This document shows positions 16,197-31,205 of a stretch of 64,000 nt of DNA, in pieces. The notes beneath the pieces are model-generated. The model was given only the letters and a program-made list of their open reading frames with translations, was not told where the DNA came from and did not search any database. How positions within the stretch are numbered: position 1 is the first letter of the stretch; each line of letters starts with the position of its first letter. Origin of the DNA: Eledone cirrhosa (lineage: Eukaryota); NCBI GenBank assembly GCA_964016885.1, contig OZ024743.1:231446001-231510000 (forward strand). Reading direction: 5' to 3'. The position numbers and the translations under genes are program-made.

Positions 16197-17647
16197 CAAT
16201 GTCGGACTTCAACTAAACACCACCTCTAGCATCAAACACCAGGGGCACACCTTATACCACATACCCAACACTAACTGATCTAATATAACACAAACAACGA
16301 CATCCCTCTGGAACCCTTCGCAGGGAGAATACCCATTTATACCTCTACGTTAGGTGTGACAACATCCACCCGCTTGAACTGCACTACACCGCTCTATAGG
16401 TAATTTAAGCATGAATTGATTGGCTTGGTAGTGTTGTGCGGAGGAACTGCCTTCCTTGGACAGATGAACAACGATTTAATCTAGTAACGCTGTTGAGCAG
16501 TAGGACCAGGACGCTGAGTGCAGAGAATGAATGTATTGCAACTGGCGTATGGGTTGTACATATATGGATGATTTGATGGTCAGAGTGGGGTCATGAGGAC
16601 TGCGGATTGACCTCTGGTCGGCCCTGGTGATGATTATCTTTCGACATCCAATGTAGCAAGCGATGACCCAGAACTTACCAGAGATCATTGTGTGTTGAGG
16701 TGATTCTGCAATCACCGCGCCTGGTCCTATGAGTAGACTACAACCACAGAGATCATTAATTTAGAATCCTCGCTCGTCGTCTATAATATTCATTTGTGTC
16801 ACCCTACGATGGGGGTTAATTCACCATAATAATACGAACACCTTCAGCACAACTTAATAGACTACTCTATAGTTAAAACACTTTATGCTTTAAACATTTT
16901 TTGGAAGTTGCGCATAACCATAGAAATTAGGGTCTATTTTGAGACACATTTCAATAGCTAGTAATAGAAACCTCGGAGTTACCTCCCCTCATGCATTAAC
17001 TCCCCTTAGCAACACACACACTTCCGGGTAGTATTCAATGTCGATTCTCGAAACGTAACAGCCTCCTGTATTGAACTAAAGAACATCAGACTACGATTCT
17101 CTAACTGGATTGTCAAACGCTCAATATCGAATTGTCGTGGATTATGTGAGGGGCATATAATCTGAAAAATACACTCCCCTGACTATGAAAATGTCGAAGT
17201 ACATGAAGTCCATATCATCCCTTCGCTGTGCATTTCCAATACTTTTAATATTTTTTAATGCTTGCACTATTTTTAATGCTTATATCATTTCTCCACACAC
17301 AGACTATAACAATCATATAAAGAATTTGCCACCAGATCAACCAACCTAACACTCTTGTTTACCTACCTAAGTGCTTCTACTACACGTAACTCTCTGCCAC
17401 ACTATATAAACAAGACGCACGTGCTTGCCACACATATAACATTTGCACTATATAACCGCTTATTTTCATGTTGTATTTTAACCTGTATTTTTGATTTTTG
17501 ATTGTACCTTTTAATATGAATGTAATCTCTAAGTGTGTACTGCCACTCTAAATGCTGTAATGAATGTTGACCCACAATATTTGCATATGTATCTGTATGT
17601 CTCTTGGGTGAAAAGGGGGTCATATAACTGTCCATTCATTAATAAAT

Positions 17648-17694
17648 TGCTCCGAAGAATCCAAACCTCGGTTTGGAGGAAACAGTTGTAAGCA
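17648..17694 (+). ncRNA. Hammerhead ribozyme, CCGAAGA core (family B 3' pLTR)
   Basis: tgct CCGAAGA a tccaaacc tc ggtttgga g GAAA cagttg TA agca. Confidence 0.78.
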
Positions 17695-17904
17695 CAAAAA
17701 TGTTTTGAACAGTTCTTTGATTCTTATATTTCATATAACTGCTCTGTAAATCATCTGATGTTTTTACATTGAGCTACTTAACTTACTGGTAATAAGGTAG
17801 TAATATATTACTGCCTACCACTATTTAGGGTTTGTTTAAAAAATATATATAACTGCAAAAGGTTTTTGTATTTACATAACCATTAATAGTATAATTAATA
17901 CTAT

Positions 17905-17936
<32 letters not shown>

Positions 17937-17945
17937 GGTAAAAAG

Positions 17946-17990
<45 letters not shown>

Positions 17991-18004
17991 TATATATATG
18001 TATA

Positions 18005-19014
<1,010 letters not shown>

Positions 19015-19029
19015 TTATTTATTTATTTA

Positions 19030-19385
19030 TTAAAATAACAGATTAAAGTTTAAGCAAAGAATCGCTGCTTTCACCCTTAACGGGATCTTCTGAAACTTAT
19101 ATATATATATATAAGAATATTGACAAAGAGAGGACAAGAAAATAGTGAACGGAAACAAATCAAGGCAAAACACTTTTTTAGGGGAAAGCTTAAGTTGGTT
19201 GACTTGCACATACACTCACACCCACCCCCACAGACACACACACATCCACACATACAAATTGACGAATTTATGTGGGGTGGTAATACTGAACATTATGGTT
19301 AGAGTCAAATACTTAGAAAGGTTAGAAATTTTAGAAATAAAAAGACTTATGTTGGTTGACTTGTACATGGAATCAAACTTACCCC

Positions 19386-19440
<55 letters not shown>

Positions 19441-20243
19441 CTACACACACAAATCCATACATGTGTGTATATATATATATATATATGTACGCACAAGTGC
19501 ATATATATATATACAACAGAGGCCCCTAAATCCAATTATAAGGCAGACATAAAACTAGGTGGTTGTTATTTTTAAAGAAAAGTAAAGTGGGTGTTTGAAA
19601 AGTTATTGTTAAGACTAGACAAAAGTAGAGTGTGATATATATCTTCACAGCAATAGCTTGGGGGCTTTGGAGCCTAAGCAAATCCCTTAGTACAAACATA
19701 TATACCCACACTTGTATACCTCTGGATGCGCGTGTATGTCTATATACACATGTGCACTCATATAAGAGAGCATATACAAATATACTCTTAAGCATACACT
19801 CGAACATTTTTCAAATGTAACCTGGGGTATTAGTATTTCGTTGCGTTCACACGAGTGTGTACATTCACGTGATCCTAGTATACAGACACAATGTACGGTT
19901 GCGGGCACTCATTCATGCATATAGGGTTAGTACCTTGGGATAATTGTTCTTCCTGTGTGAGCCACTCCCGGGGGGGGGGGTCCTTAGGTTCAATGAATGT
20001 GGTTTTGTTGACTCCTAACCAGTAGAGGATCTGGTGGACAATCCACCGTAAGGACTACAAACTATGGGTGGTTGTTGCTGTCCATTGGTTATTGGTACGG
20101 GGTGTATACCACCTATCTTTGAAGCTGGTCGCCGAGGATCCTATGTAGTGGTGCTCGGAGTTAGGGGTTGTGACCTTGCACCTGTAGACTACGTTTTTCA
20201 TCATGCGATCATTACTAACATATTACACACACACACACACATT

Positions 20244-20327
<84 letters not shown>

Positions 20328-20489
20328 CTGATTGTAGCTAAGATGCGAAATCATTAGACGTCTCCGTCGAACCTGCGGGTCCAGAATCAGAGAGATCCAT
20401 ACAATGATCGCGTCTCGAGCTGTCCGCCGGGGAAACAATTGTAACACACAATAAATTGAGTTCAGATGCATCACTGATTTTTCGTTTTC

Positions 20490-20587
<98 letters not shown>

Positions 20588-20674
20588 ATAATAATAATAA
20601 TAATAATAGTTTCAGAAGATCCCGTTAAGGGTGAAAGCAGCGATTATTTGCTTAAACTTGAATCTGTTATTTTA

Positions 20675-20675
<1 letters not shown>
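19030..20675 (+). mobile_element. PLE-type insertion bounded by short inverted HHR-bearing arms (family M)
   Basis: 19030-19097 is the reverse complement of 20608-20675. Confidence 0.6.
20608..20658 (+). ncRNA. Hammerhead ribozyme variant, CAGAAGA core (second copy at 19047-19097 -)
   Basis: agttt CAGAAGA t ccc gttaa ggg t GAAA gcagcgattatttgc TT aaact. Confidence 0.7.
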
Positions 20676-20722
<47 letters not shown>

Positions 20723-21479
20723 ATGTGTGTGTGCGTGTGTGTACATTCATACATATAACCATAGGTACATATACACTCATATAGATGGGAGGATGGTGTA
20801 TGCAGGACATCATTAGATAAAAGACCAGGGGGGATTTGCTCAATCTAGTGCAAGTGAGCTTGATAGGTTTATAATAAATGTCACAGGCTTAACATATATG
20901 TATGCGTGAGCTTAGGATGCAGCGTCCAGTTAAAGCTACCATTCTTTAGTGGAGTAGCAGTCCGCTGTCCTATATATATATTCATATATATATATATTTG
21001 TATGTATGTGAGAGAGAGAGAGAGAAAGAGTGAGAGGAAGAGAGAGACAGAGAGAGTGAGAGAGAGCGAGCCTTTGAGTGTGTGTTTGTGTGTGTGTGTA
21101 TATACATATTTGTGTGAGAATAGAAAGGAATCTCCTATATAAAAGATTCCAGATTTTCCCATGCAATAACTACATTTTTAACATTAGCTTTAAAACAATT
21201 TCATTGTCTTAATGTTACTCGTAAAAATGTTATTGCATGAGAAAATACTATGTTACTTCTTCAGCATTGTTACACTCGCCGTCAAATATGCATCGACTCC
21301 ATCATTTACCTTTATAAAGATTTACCATAAAAATGATCTGCTATTCTTCAAATGATTTTTACGACATTCTAATGAATGTAACAAATTGATGTTTGATATC
21401 AATTCCTTATGTCACACTGCTGTTTTTTTTTTATTGCGAAGCCATATCAAATTAGAAAAACGAACACAAATGTACCAGG

Positions 21480-21965
21480 AAACAAAATGGATTGGGAACA
21501 GAGCAAGATATTTACATATAATTTTCACCGTATCGTTTGAAGTTTGGTTGATATTCTTGGAATTCATGGAAATGTTTATTGATAAGGTATAGGCACTTTT
21601 CCCCTACGTTGGTTTTTCGCGTTAAGATGGAAAGTGGATGATAAATATGTGATAGATTTGTGTCTTGTGTTTTTTCTTTCTTGATAGTATTAGGTTGTTG
21701 ATCTGGGGGTTAAATTATTTTTCAGAGAGAATGCCGCTGCTTAAGGCCGAGCTATAAGATGGGGTCGCTCTGTTGAAGATAGCTTTATTAGAGAAGACGT
21801 TAGAGATACATTTACTAAAGTTTTTGTATGAAGTTCATGTTCTTTAAGAGTTGGTGGCATGAGTTTTTCTGAAAGTATCTAAATTATTCAGCCGGCTTGT
21901 GGAGGGGGTTTTGTGTATGTGTTTGTGTACGGTGATCTAGGTTTATGTCCAGGGAGTTGAAGCTA
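21480..21965 (-). pseudogene. Degenerate Naiad-type PLE RT thumb/linker fragment
   Basis: Minus-strand pieces NSLDINLD..PLHKP, AIFNRATPSY, KTNVGEK..LINKHF resemble the corresponding part of ORF 14394-16196. Confidence 0.6.
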
Positions 21966-23086
21966 TTGAGGTTTGTGTAATACCCTAAGAAAGGTCACTA
22001 CTCAGATGACTAAAGTATTGAAACATTACAACTCACTAGTGTAACATAGGTACTGTGTCCAGAGAAAGAGTTATGATACGGTCATTGATACCTTTGGAGA
22101 ATTATGGTAGCGATGTAGCAATATCAGATCTGATGATACAACAAACCTAGATTGACGTTGATTCGCTTCACGTCTTCCGGATCAAAAGACTGTGTAACCA
22201 TCTTCCATTTGTGATAAGCCAGGGATTCGGGTTTCATTTATCGTACAGATATTGATGTTATATATCTTGAGTGTATTGCAGTTGAGGGATGATCTTTGCT
22301 GCAGACTTGAAACGCAAACATTGAATGCTTTGTTTTGCATCGTATATTTTGATAACCAGACAGCCGAGATTGATAGCTACGTTTACTAATAGGGCAAGCA
22401 TATGTTTAAGGCTTTTTTCACTACCATTTCTTCTAAAAAGAACTACCTCTAAAACGAACACTGCTTTGTCACCATCAGAAGACACGAACAGCACAAATCC
22501 CTCATATTTTTGGCATTAACGGCTATCACCGTTGTGTAGAACTCCAGCTACGGACTGAATGTGACAGCCTTTACTTGTCCCCGTCACGGTTGCCTCTCGC
22601 CAGTAGGCTTTGTGTTAATGGTGAGATATCAAATAGAAATGGTAAAGCTGTTGAGCTTCATACACAAATGGTTTGTGTATAGCGGTGAAGGCTTGTGTTG
22701 GACCAGCCCCTCTTTTCGGAAATGTTGATAACAAAGGTCACGAACAAAGTTGAATCTCAAGAGATTCTTTACTCTTTGATAAGTTTTGTTTTTCACTAAT
22801 TTGATGCCTCTACCTTTCTTGGGGTATGGTCACATTTTTACCATCAAACCTATATATATGTATATAGGGGTTGTTGGAGTGTGCAGGTGTAGTGGGAAAA
22901 GAGACAAAAAATAAATAACTCGGGATAGAATACAGCACAATTAAAAGTTTAACGCTCAAAATCGCAATTCAAATGTTTTCGGGACAAACAATTCTATTAC
23001 TGATTAAATATTTCGCTTCTTGTAATTTTACTAGAAATAATTAGTTATCAACATCTCTATAAAATATATCACTATCCCGTATGTAA

Positions 23087-23150
<64 letters not shown>

Positions 23151-23401
23151 ATAATAATAAATGTGAAGACTAATTGTGAAGACTAATGTATATATATATA
23201 TGTAGAAGATCACGCCACCTAGCTTTAACTTTGGAGGCAGTCGATTAACTGCCCTTAGTTCTGACGTCAGTAGCTGTATACACTCTCTCTAGCTGATTGC
23301 TCCTTGGTTTGGGGTTTTTGCTAGTTGCTCATCGTTTTTCTACATACATCGTCCGATGAACCGATTTTTATTTCTTTTTCTAAAAATCTGGTGGGAGACC
23401 T

Positions 23402-23837
23402 TGTAGAAGATCACGCCACCTAGCTTTAACTTTGGAGGCATTCGATTAACTACCCTTAGTTCTGACGTCACGTTCTGACGTCAATAGCTGAATACACTCT
23501 CTCTAGGACTTTGTCTCTTGGAGCGTGCAGACGCGTTTCACTGTGGCGAAACAGTGATATTGCATCATGCGGTCACGGGATATTTGAACACCGCCACTTA
23601 ATGATAATTACGAATTACCAATCAAGGAGCCACTGATATGATAGCCTGTTTTGTTTATTACTCTGATTAAAATTCTTATGTACATATAATCTCGAGGTAT
23701 GTTCTTTTTGCTTAATTGTTTACCTACACCTAACAAAAAATAGAAGAGATGTTATAGCAGCCAAGCTAGGGAAATGAACTCCCCTCTAAATCGTAAAATA
23801 ACGCAGCCTTCTAAAATTGGTGACCATCTCTCCTACA
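23402..23837 (+). repeat. 5' LTR (436 bp)
   Basis: TGTAG..CTACA termini; direct repeat of 25659-26094. Confidence 0.92.
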
Positions 23838-23838
23838 G

Positions 23839-23856
23839 TGGTGACCCCGACGTGAT
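23839..23856 (+). promoter_or_regulatory. Primer-binding site complementary to the tRNA-Trp 3' end
   Basis: TGGTGACCCCGACGTGAT one base after the LTR; matches the 18-nt 3' end of eukaryotic tRNA-Trp(CCA). Confidence 0.88.
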
Positions 23857-25175
23857 GAGTAGTCCTAATTTACCTGCTTCTTCTTCAATTTCGAACCAGC
23901 CCGTCTCAACACGCGAGGATGCCATGTTAAAAGCTATTGACGCTTTGACACAGCAAGTCGCTCGGTTATGCAGGGAGAATAGGCTGTATACCCGGCGGCC
24001 TATGAGTCGTTCCCGTTCTTTCGCGACTCCACGTCGGCATACTACTTCGCCCGCCAGCAATCCATTATTTTGCTGGTATCATGCCACCTTCGCGGAGACG
24101 GCAAAACATTGCCTGCCTCCATGTGAATATTCAGCTTCGGGAAATTTAGATCAGAGTCACTAAAGGCGGCAAGTGAACTCTGCGAGACACAACAGAACAG
24201 CCATTTCTTCAAAGAGGACCTCCTGTCCGGAAGATTTTTCCTCGTATATACGGGAGCCTCCTGCAGTATTTGACCAGTGAACTGTGTTAAAGAAACTCCT
24301 CCTGAGTCATCAATGAATCTACAAGCTATCAATCATTCGCCGATACGGACTTTTGGACAAATCTCGCTTCCTCTGCAATTCAGAAATCTTCGACGTGAAT
24401 TCAAATGGATTTTTACGGTTGCTGACCTACCATACCCAATCATGGGACCGGATTTTCTACACCATTTTGCATTGACGGTGGACGTCCGTGGCCGACGCCT
24501 AGTAGACGACATTACTGGTTTTTCTCTTCGTGGCCAGAAAGCTAATTTTCCAACGGTTAGCCCGACCTTTTTCATCGCTAATGCTAGGAATCCCTATCAT
24601 GAATTGTTGAATTCTTTCCCACAGCTTACTCAGGGAAATTTTCGAGTTGTCGAACCGACTCACACAACGGAGCATTTTATCTCTACAACTGGCGCCCCAG
24701 TGTTCTCACGTCCTCGTCGCTTGCCTGTGGACAAATTGAAGGCAGCACGGTCCGAGTTCGACCACATGCTGCAGCCTGGCATAATTCCCTCTTCTACGAG
24801 CCCTTGGGCTTCTCCGTTACACATGGTACACAAGACTTCTGGCGATTGGAGACCCACTGGGGATTATAGGAAGTTAAATGCTATAACTCTCCCGGATAGA
24901 TACGCTATTCCACACCTGCAAGATTTTGCATCGTCGTTGCAGGGATGTAAACTTTTCTGGAAGCTCGATTTGGTGCAAGCCTATCTTCAGATTCCTGTGA
25001 GGAAAGAATATATTCCGAAAACGCCCATTACGACTCCCTTTGGATCATTCGAATTTCTAACCATGCCTTTCAGACTTAGGAATGCTATTAGAAACTTTCA
25101 ACGGTTCATGGATGAGGTCACCGTGGTTTAGACTTCGTCTACACTTATATTGATGATCTGCTTATTGCTAGTTCT
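23857..25175 (+). pseudogene. Gypsy gag C-terminus, protease and RT (disrupted; RNase H and integrase largely deleted)
   Basis: CWYH..F...A..C..PC gag motif; FLVYTGAS (degenerate DTG); [34 protein letters not shown] after a frameshift. Confidence 0.9.
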
Positions 25176-25658
25176 TCCAGAGAGACGGTTACTATTGATC
25201 CACTCAAACGAGCACATTTGGACACAGACGCTATCACACCTGAGCCACAAACGCCCCCGTATTTTTCTTTCGCACACGTACCTGCATCTTCGACATCCCC
25301 CCCCCCATCGCCAATATATAAAACTACGACCCGTTCTGGTCGGAGGGTTCATTGGCCCAAAAAAATGTGTAGCACTGTATATTTTTAAACTGCTATTGTG
25401 CGGCGCTTTAATCCTGTATTTTCTATTTGAACTATTTGAACTTTTAAAAATTGTATTTACATTTTATTATGATTTTATACTTTCTCGTTCTTGCATGCTT
25501 GTTTCATATGTTCTTTTGAAATGTGTTGTGCTCTTCATGCTCGGTTGAGCTGATTGCTCCTTGGTTTGGGGTTTTTGCTAGTTGCTCATCGTTTTTCTAC
25601 ATACATCGTCCGATGAACCGATTTTTATTTCTTTTTCTAAAAATCTGGTGGGAGACCT

Positions 25659-26094
25659 TGTAGAAGATCACGCCACCTAGCTTTAACTTTGGAGGCATTC
25701 GATTAACTGCCCTTAGTTCTGACGTCACGTTCTGACGTCAATAGCTGAATACACTCTCTCTAGGACTTTGTCTCCTGGAGCGAGCAGACGCATTTCACTG
25801 TGGCGAAACAGCGATATTGCACCAGGCGGTCACGGGATATTTGAACACCGCCACTTAATAATAATTACGAATTACCAATCAACGAGCAACTGATATGATA
25901 ACCTGTTTTCTTTATTGCTCTGATTAAAATGCTGATGTACATATAATCTCGAGGTATGTTCTTTTTGCTTAATTGTTTACCTACACCTAACAACAAATAG
26001 AAGAGATTTTCTAGCAGCCAAGCTAGGGAATCGAACTCACTTCTAAATCGTAAAAAAACGCAGCCTTTTAAAATTGGTGACCATCTCTCCTAAA
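25659..26094 (+). repeat. 3' LTR
   Basis: Direct repeat of 23402-23837. Confidence 0.92.
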
Positions 26095-26435
26095 TATATA
26101 TATATATAATATATATATGTAGATAAATCTACCAAAATAGACGGTAGTGTCCAATCCGTATGAAGAAATCAATGTAATCCAAATATCATGAAAAGAGAAG
26201 ATGTATTCAAAAAATGTTTCGATGAAAATCACAGGAAAACAGAGTCAAGATAAATTAATAAAAACAATGAATAAAAACAAAGAAACAGTTCCTTATATTA
26301 AAAAATTTATCATTTTACGATCGTTTCTAGAATATATATGTGTGTGTTGGTATGTATAGATCTATGTAAACATTTTACAAACTATCAGAGGGAATATACA
26401 TACCTACACATATATATGCTGTCTTCAGAAATAAT

Positions 26436-26551
26436 TGTTTCTACTTTAGGCACAAGGCCAGAAATTACCCAGTGCATTACTGGTACTTTATTTTATCGAC
26501 CCCGTAAGGATGAAAGGCAAAGTCAACCTCGGCGCGATTTGAACTCAATTT
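26436..26551 (-). mobile_element. 5'-truncated tRNA-derived SINE with a Meta-like core and 17-bp TSD
   Basis: Minus strand gagttcaaatc (B box) ..gcctttcatccttacggggtcgataaaa; TSD ctgtcttcagaaataat at 26419-26435 and 26552-26568; empty site at ~29335-29351. Confidence 0.85.
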
Positions 26552-27299
26552 CTGTCTTCAGAAATAATGATATTTGTTTATTGAAAAAAAAACAACAAAG
26601 ATTTAATATAATAGGTCTGTTTGGAAACAGGTTTTGAATTGACCAATAGAAAAGTAGTAAGTGGTCAAGTTGATAGAATAGTAGATGTAGAAAGTTAATT
26701 TAGGGGTAGAGAATGCAGACTTCAGTTTTGAATGGAAATAATATTTTGAATGAAAAGATTACTTTGGGGATGAAAAGAGGTCAAGCCGGTGAAAGGTACA
26801 CGAACATTTGATGTTATTAAAGAATAATTCTAATGTTAAAATCGAAGGAGAATAACATTTTAGGATAAATGTGTTAGTGAAAAATACCAATCTTATTTAA
26901 AATATAAGGAATTTAGATCTATAAAAAGAAATTAAATTAATTTAATTGATAGGTATACTTATAGGGATAAATTTATATTAATTCATATAGATATGATAAA
27001 TAAGAGTTAGATGTTATTAAAGAATGTTGTTAAAAACGAAGGAAAACATTTTTTTTTGGGGGGGGGGGGATAAATGTATTAGTGAGAAATAACAAACTTA
27101 TATAGACTACAAGGAATTTAGATCATAACAGAACATTAAAATAGTTTATATGTATACTTATAGGTATTAATTTTAGGAAAAGATAGCTGTAAAATGGAAA
27201 TAAAATTATGAAGTTCTCAGTAGTAAAATACTAATTATAGGTTAACTAATTAAGGTTGGTAGATACCCGTAGATAAGTCTAAAGTTATATCAAGGAAAT

Positions 27300-28614
27300 T
27301 AACTACCTTACCATAAACCTAACCAAAACTTACATTACATACACTCACAATCCAATCACCCTAGATCTATCCTTAAGAACCTAGCATATAATATCTCACT
27401 CAGAATTTCTAACCTTTCATCTAACCAGGATGTATGCGACCTTTTATAACGAAGCTTTAGCTAGAAGCGGCCACAAAAACAAATTAGTATATATAACTTG
27501 TACCAATAATACTACAAACATACAACCCAATATTACCAACAAACACCAAATGAAAAATACACACCTAAATGCCACTCACTATACCAACTTAATACCAACT
27601 TAAAACTTAAGTTCTCTACCTCTTCTCACATACAATATAATAACTTTCAAAAAACCATTCATCCTAATACTCCAATATATGTTAATAACATTACTAACAA
27701 AATTCCTAATAATCAAGCTAAAACACCTAAATCAGTGAATCTAACTAAACATATGTATAATAAATTCACTAATACTAACTCTCTTAGTAAACATCAGGAT
27801 ACATCGTATAAAAATAAAAAAACAGCATCGAAACCGTAATAGACGAGTTACTTGGTATAATGCTCCATTTAATCTACAAATTAAAGATAATATCCCTAAA
27901 AAAATGTTTACTATCCTAGAGAAAAACTTCCCGTCAAACCATAAATACCATCAAATTTTAAATAGATCAACGGTCAAATTCTCCTACTCCACTACCAAAA
28001 ATATAAAACAAAATATAAGTGCCTACAATGCGTATAAATGTAAAGAAACCATGAATATACCACCAACACATCAAACTAACCATAATACTAAAATAAACCA
28101 CAGCAAACCACCATCTCCTTCACATACAACAAGTCGAGTAAATTCCACACCTAATTTGACTAACCCCCTGATATGATATTCACGAAAGGTTGTAACTGTA
28201 GAAACAAAGCAAATTGCCCATTAAAAGGAAATTGCCTTATTAATAACATAGTATATAAATGTAAAATTAGCACTAAGGACTCAACTTATTCATATATAGC
28301 AGCTACTTCTAACCAATTTAAAGTAAGAATTAAACTCCACAAACAGTTTTAAAAATGCCGCATTAGCTAATACAACATCCTTGGCTGAAATAATTAATAA
28401 TTATAGAAAAAAGAATATCGATTATAACATGACCTGGAGTGTGCTCAAAAGGGCCACCCCTTATCAAAATAACAGATATGAGTGTAGATTATGTTCCCAG
28501 GAACCTTTTGAAATAATGAAATCTAAGGATATCCTATTAAATAAGCGACAAGAATTAATTATATCGTGCAATCATAGAATTAGAAGAATCTCCAAATATT
28601 ATAAACCTAATTAA
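27300..28614 (+). pseudogene. Naiad-type PLE thumb/linker/GIY-YIG fragment, multiply disrupted
   Basis: WYNAPFNL, KNFPSNHKYHQILNRSTVKFSYSTT, CNCRNKANCPLKGNCL..VYKC, CRLC..LLNKRQE..CNH. Confidence 0.85.
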
Positions 28615-29540
28615 TATACACTTATATTTTACAAATTATTATAATTATTATTTTTTTTTTATTTAGTTAACATATAATTAGTATTTTACTACTGAGAACT
28701 TCATAATTTTATTTCCCTTTTACAGCTATCTTTTCCTAAAATTAATACCTATAAGTATACATATAAACTATTTTAATGTTCTGTTATGAATCTAAATTCC
28801 TTGTAGTCTATATAAGTTTGTTATTTCTCACTAATACATTTATCCCCCAAAAAACGTTTTTCCTTCGTTTTAACAATATTCTTTAATAACATCTAACTCT
28901 TATTTATCACATCTCTATGAATTAATATAAATGTATCCCTATAAGTATACCTATCAATTAAATTAATTTAATTTCTTTTTATAGATCTAAATTCCTTATG
29001 TTTTAAATAAGATTGGTATTTCTCACTAACACATTTATCCTAAAATGTTATTCTCCTTCGATTTTAACATTAGCATTATTCTTTAATAACATCAAATTTT
29101 CGTGTACCTTTCACCGGCTTGACCTCTTTTCATCCCCAAAGTAATCTTTTCATTCAAAATATTATTTCCATTCAAAACTGAAGTCTGCATTCTTCTACCC
29201 CTAAATACAATTTCTACTACTACTATTTTATCAACTTGACCACTTACCACTTTTCTATTGGTCAATTCGAAACCTGTTCCCAAACAGACATATTATATTA
29301 AATCTTTGTTTTTTTTTTTCAATAAACAAATATCATTATTTCTGAAGACAGCATATATATGTGTAGGTATGTATATTCCCTCTGATAGTTTGTAATATGT
29401 TTACATAGATCTATATGATATAAATACCAACACACACATATATATCCTAAAAACGATCGTAAAATGATGAATTTTTTTAATATAAGGAACTGTTTCTTTC
29501 TTTTTATTCATTGTTTTTATTAATTTATATAATATTTATA

Positions 29541-29997
29541 GTTTTAATATAGAAGAGCTTCTACGGGACTAGAACTATTTCATTCTTGAGAAATCATCAG
29601 GAAGCTGACTGTCCGAGTAAATATGGTGGTATCTTTTCTGGTGGTAGGAGAGGGTGGGGAGTGGGATGGGGGGAGGTCATTGGTTGAAAGAAAGGGAAAT
29701 TCTTTAAAAGCTAATTCTTTAAAACTATAATTTATATTTAGTGTGACACACGCAGAGAGAATTCTATCAACAAGTTCAAATTGGAGTGCCACTCCTTATT
29801 TTAAAGTTTCTCTTAAGCTAACAATGCCTATATTTCAGGTGTCTATAAGATGGGTGGAGGTCATGGTTGATCGGTTTAAAGAAACGGGAATTCTTTAAAA
29901 GCTAATTCTTTAAAGCTTCACTTTAGTGACAAATATATATATGAGTGACACATATATATATGTGTGTGTGCTGTGTGTGTGTATGTATAGACATCAA

Positions 29998-30061
<64 letters not shown>

Positions 30062-30120
30062 TATGGATATATATATATATATATACATATATATGGATAT
30101 ATATATTTATATATACATGC

Positions 30121-30157
<37 letters not shown>

Positions 30158-30288
30158 TATATGTATATATACATGCATGTATATATACATATAGATGTAT
30201 ATACATACGCACACACAAACACACACTTATATATATGTATATATATATATATTATATATATATGTATATATATATATGTATATGCATA

Positions 30289-30319
<31 letters not shown>

Positions 30320-30329
30320 ATATATGTAA

Positions 30330-30400
<71 letters not shown>
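29541..30400 (-). mobile_element. Family A-related pLTR arm with HHR (29556-29606) followed by TA/TG patchwork
   Basis: Similar to 2195-2600; HHR agcttc CTGATGA..GAAA tag..ccg TA gaagct, stem I covaries relative to family A. Confidence 0.75.
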
Positions 30401-30406
<6 letters not shown>

Positions 30407-30517
30407 AGGTGAGTTTTATTGTGGTACAATAAAGCAATGCAGATATCGGATAAGATATGTTGATTTAAAACTGCACTATCCACAAGTGTTTTTTAGCCTT
30501 CATATCATGTTCTCCTG

Positions 30518-30584
30518 TTTTGTCTGATGAAAACACAAATATTATTGCTTGATGATGTTTATTTTTGAAATGCGCATAATAAAA
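30518..30584 (+). ncRNA. Hammerhead ribozyme (family E copy in fragment 30456-30622)
   Basis: ttttgt CTGATGA..GAAA tgcgca TA ataaaa. Confidence 0.82.
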
Positions 30585-30616
30585 TATATGGAACTCCTTT
30601 AACCGTCTTTTGATCT

Positions 30617-31205
<589 letters not shown>

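Larger units (their letters stand above)
12894..17903 (+). mobile_element. Near full-length Naiad-type Penelope-like element (family B)
   Basis: Inverted pLTR 12894-13284, partial direct 5' pLTR 13285-13694, RT-EN ORF, 3' pLTR ~17340-17903; (TA)n on both sides. Confidence 0.92.
23201..26094 (+). mobile_element. Internally deleted Ty3/Gypsy LTR retrotransposon with an extra upstream LTR/PPT remnant
   Basis: LTRs 23402-23837 and 25659-26094 (TGTAG..CTACA; right copy ends CTAAA); PBS; purine-rich tggtgggagacct before the LTR; inserted in (TA)n. Confidence 0.92.
26119..29529 (+). mobile_element. 5'-truncated Naiad-type PLE (family P) with ~0.9-kb inverted arms
   Basis: 26250-27248 is the reverse complement of 28664-29529; degenerate ORF between; degenerate HHR (CTGAAGA..tgtttaca TA) ~29338-29410. 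Confidence 0.82.

Noticed and set aside
16520-16640. SECIS-like ATGA..GA hairpins in the Naiad 3' UTR
   Set aside because: Helix length and apical AA do not fit the canonical SECIS, and the ORF interruptions are TAA and TAG, not TGA
22130-22175. CTGATGA at ~22130
   Set aside because: No properly placed GAAA/stem III/UH; may be chance or a decayed motif
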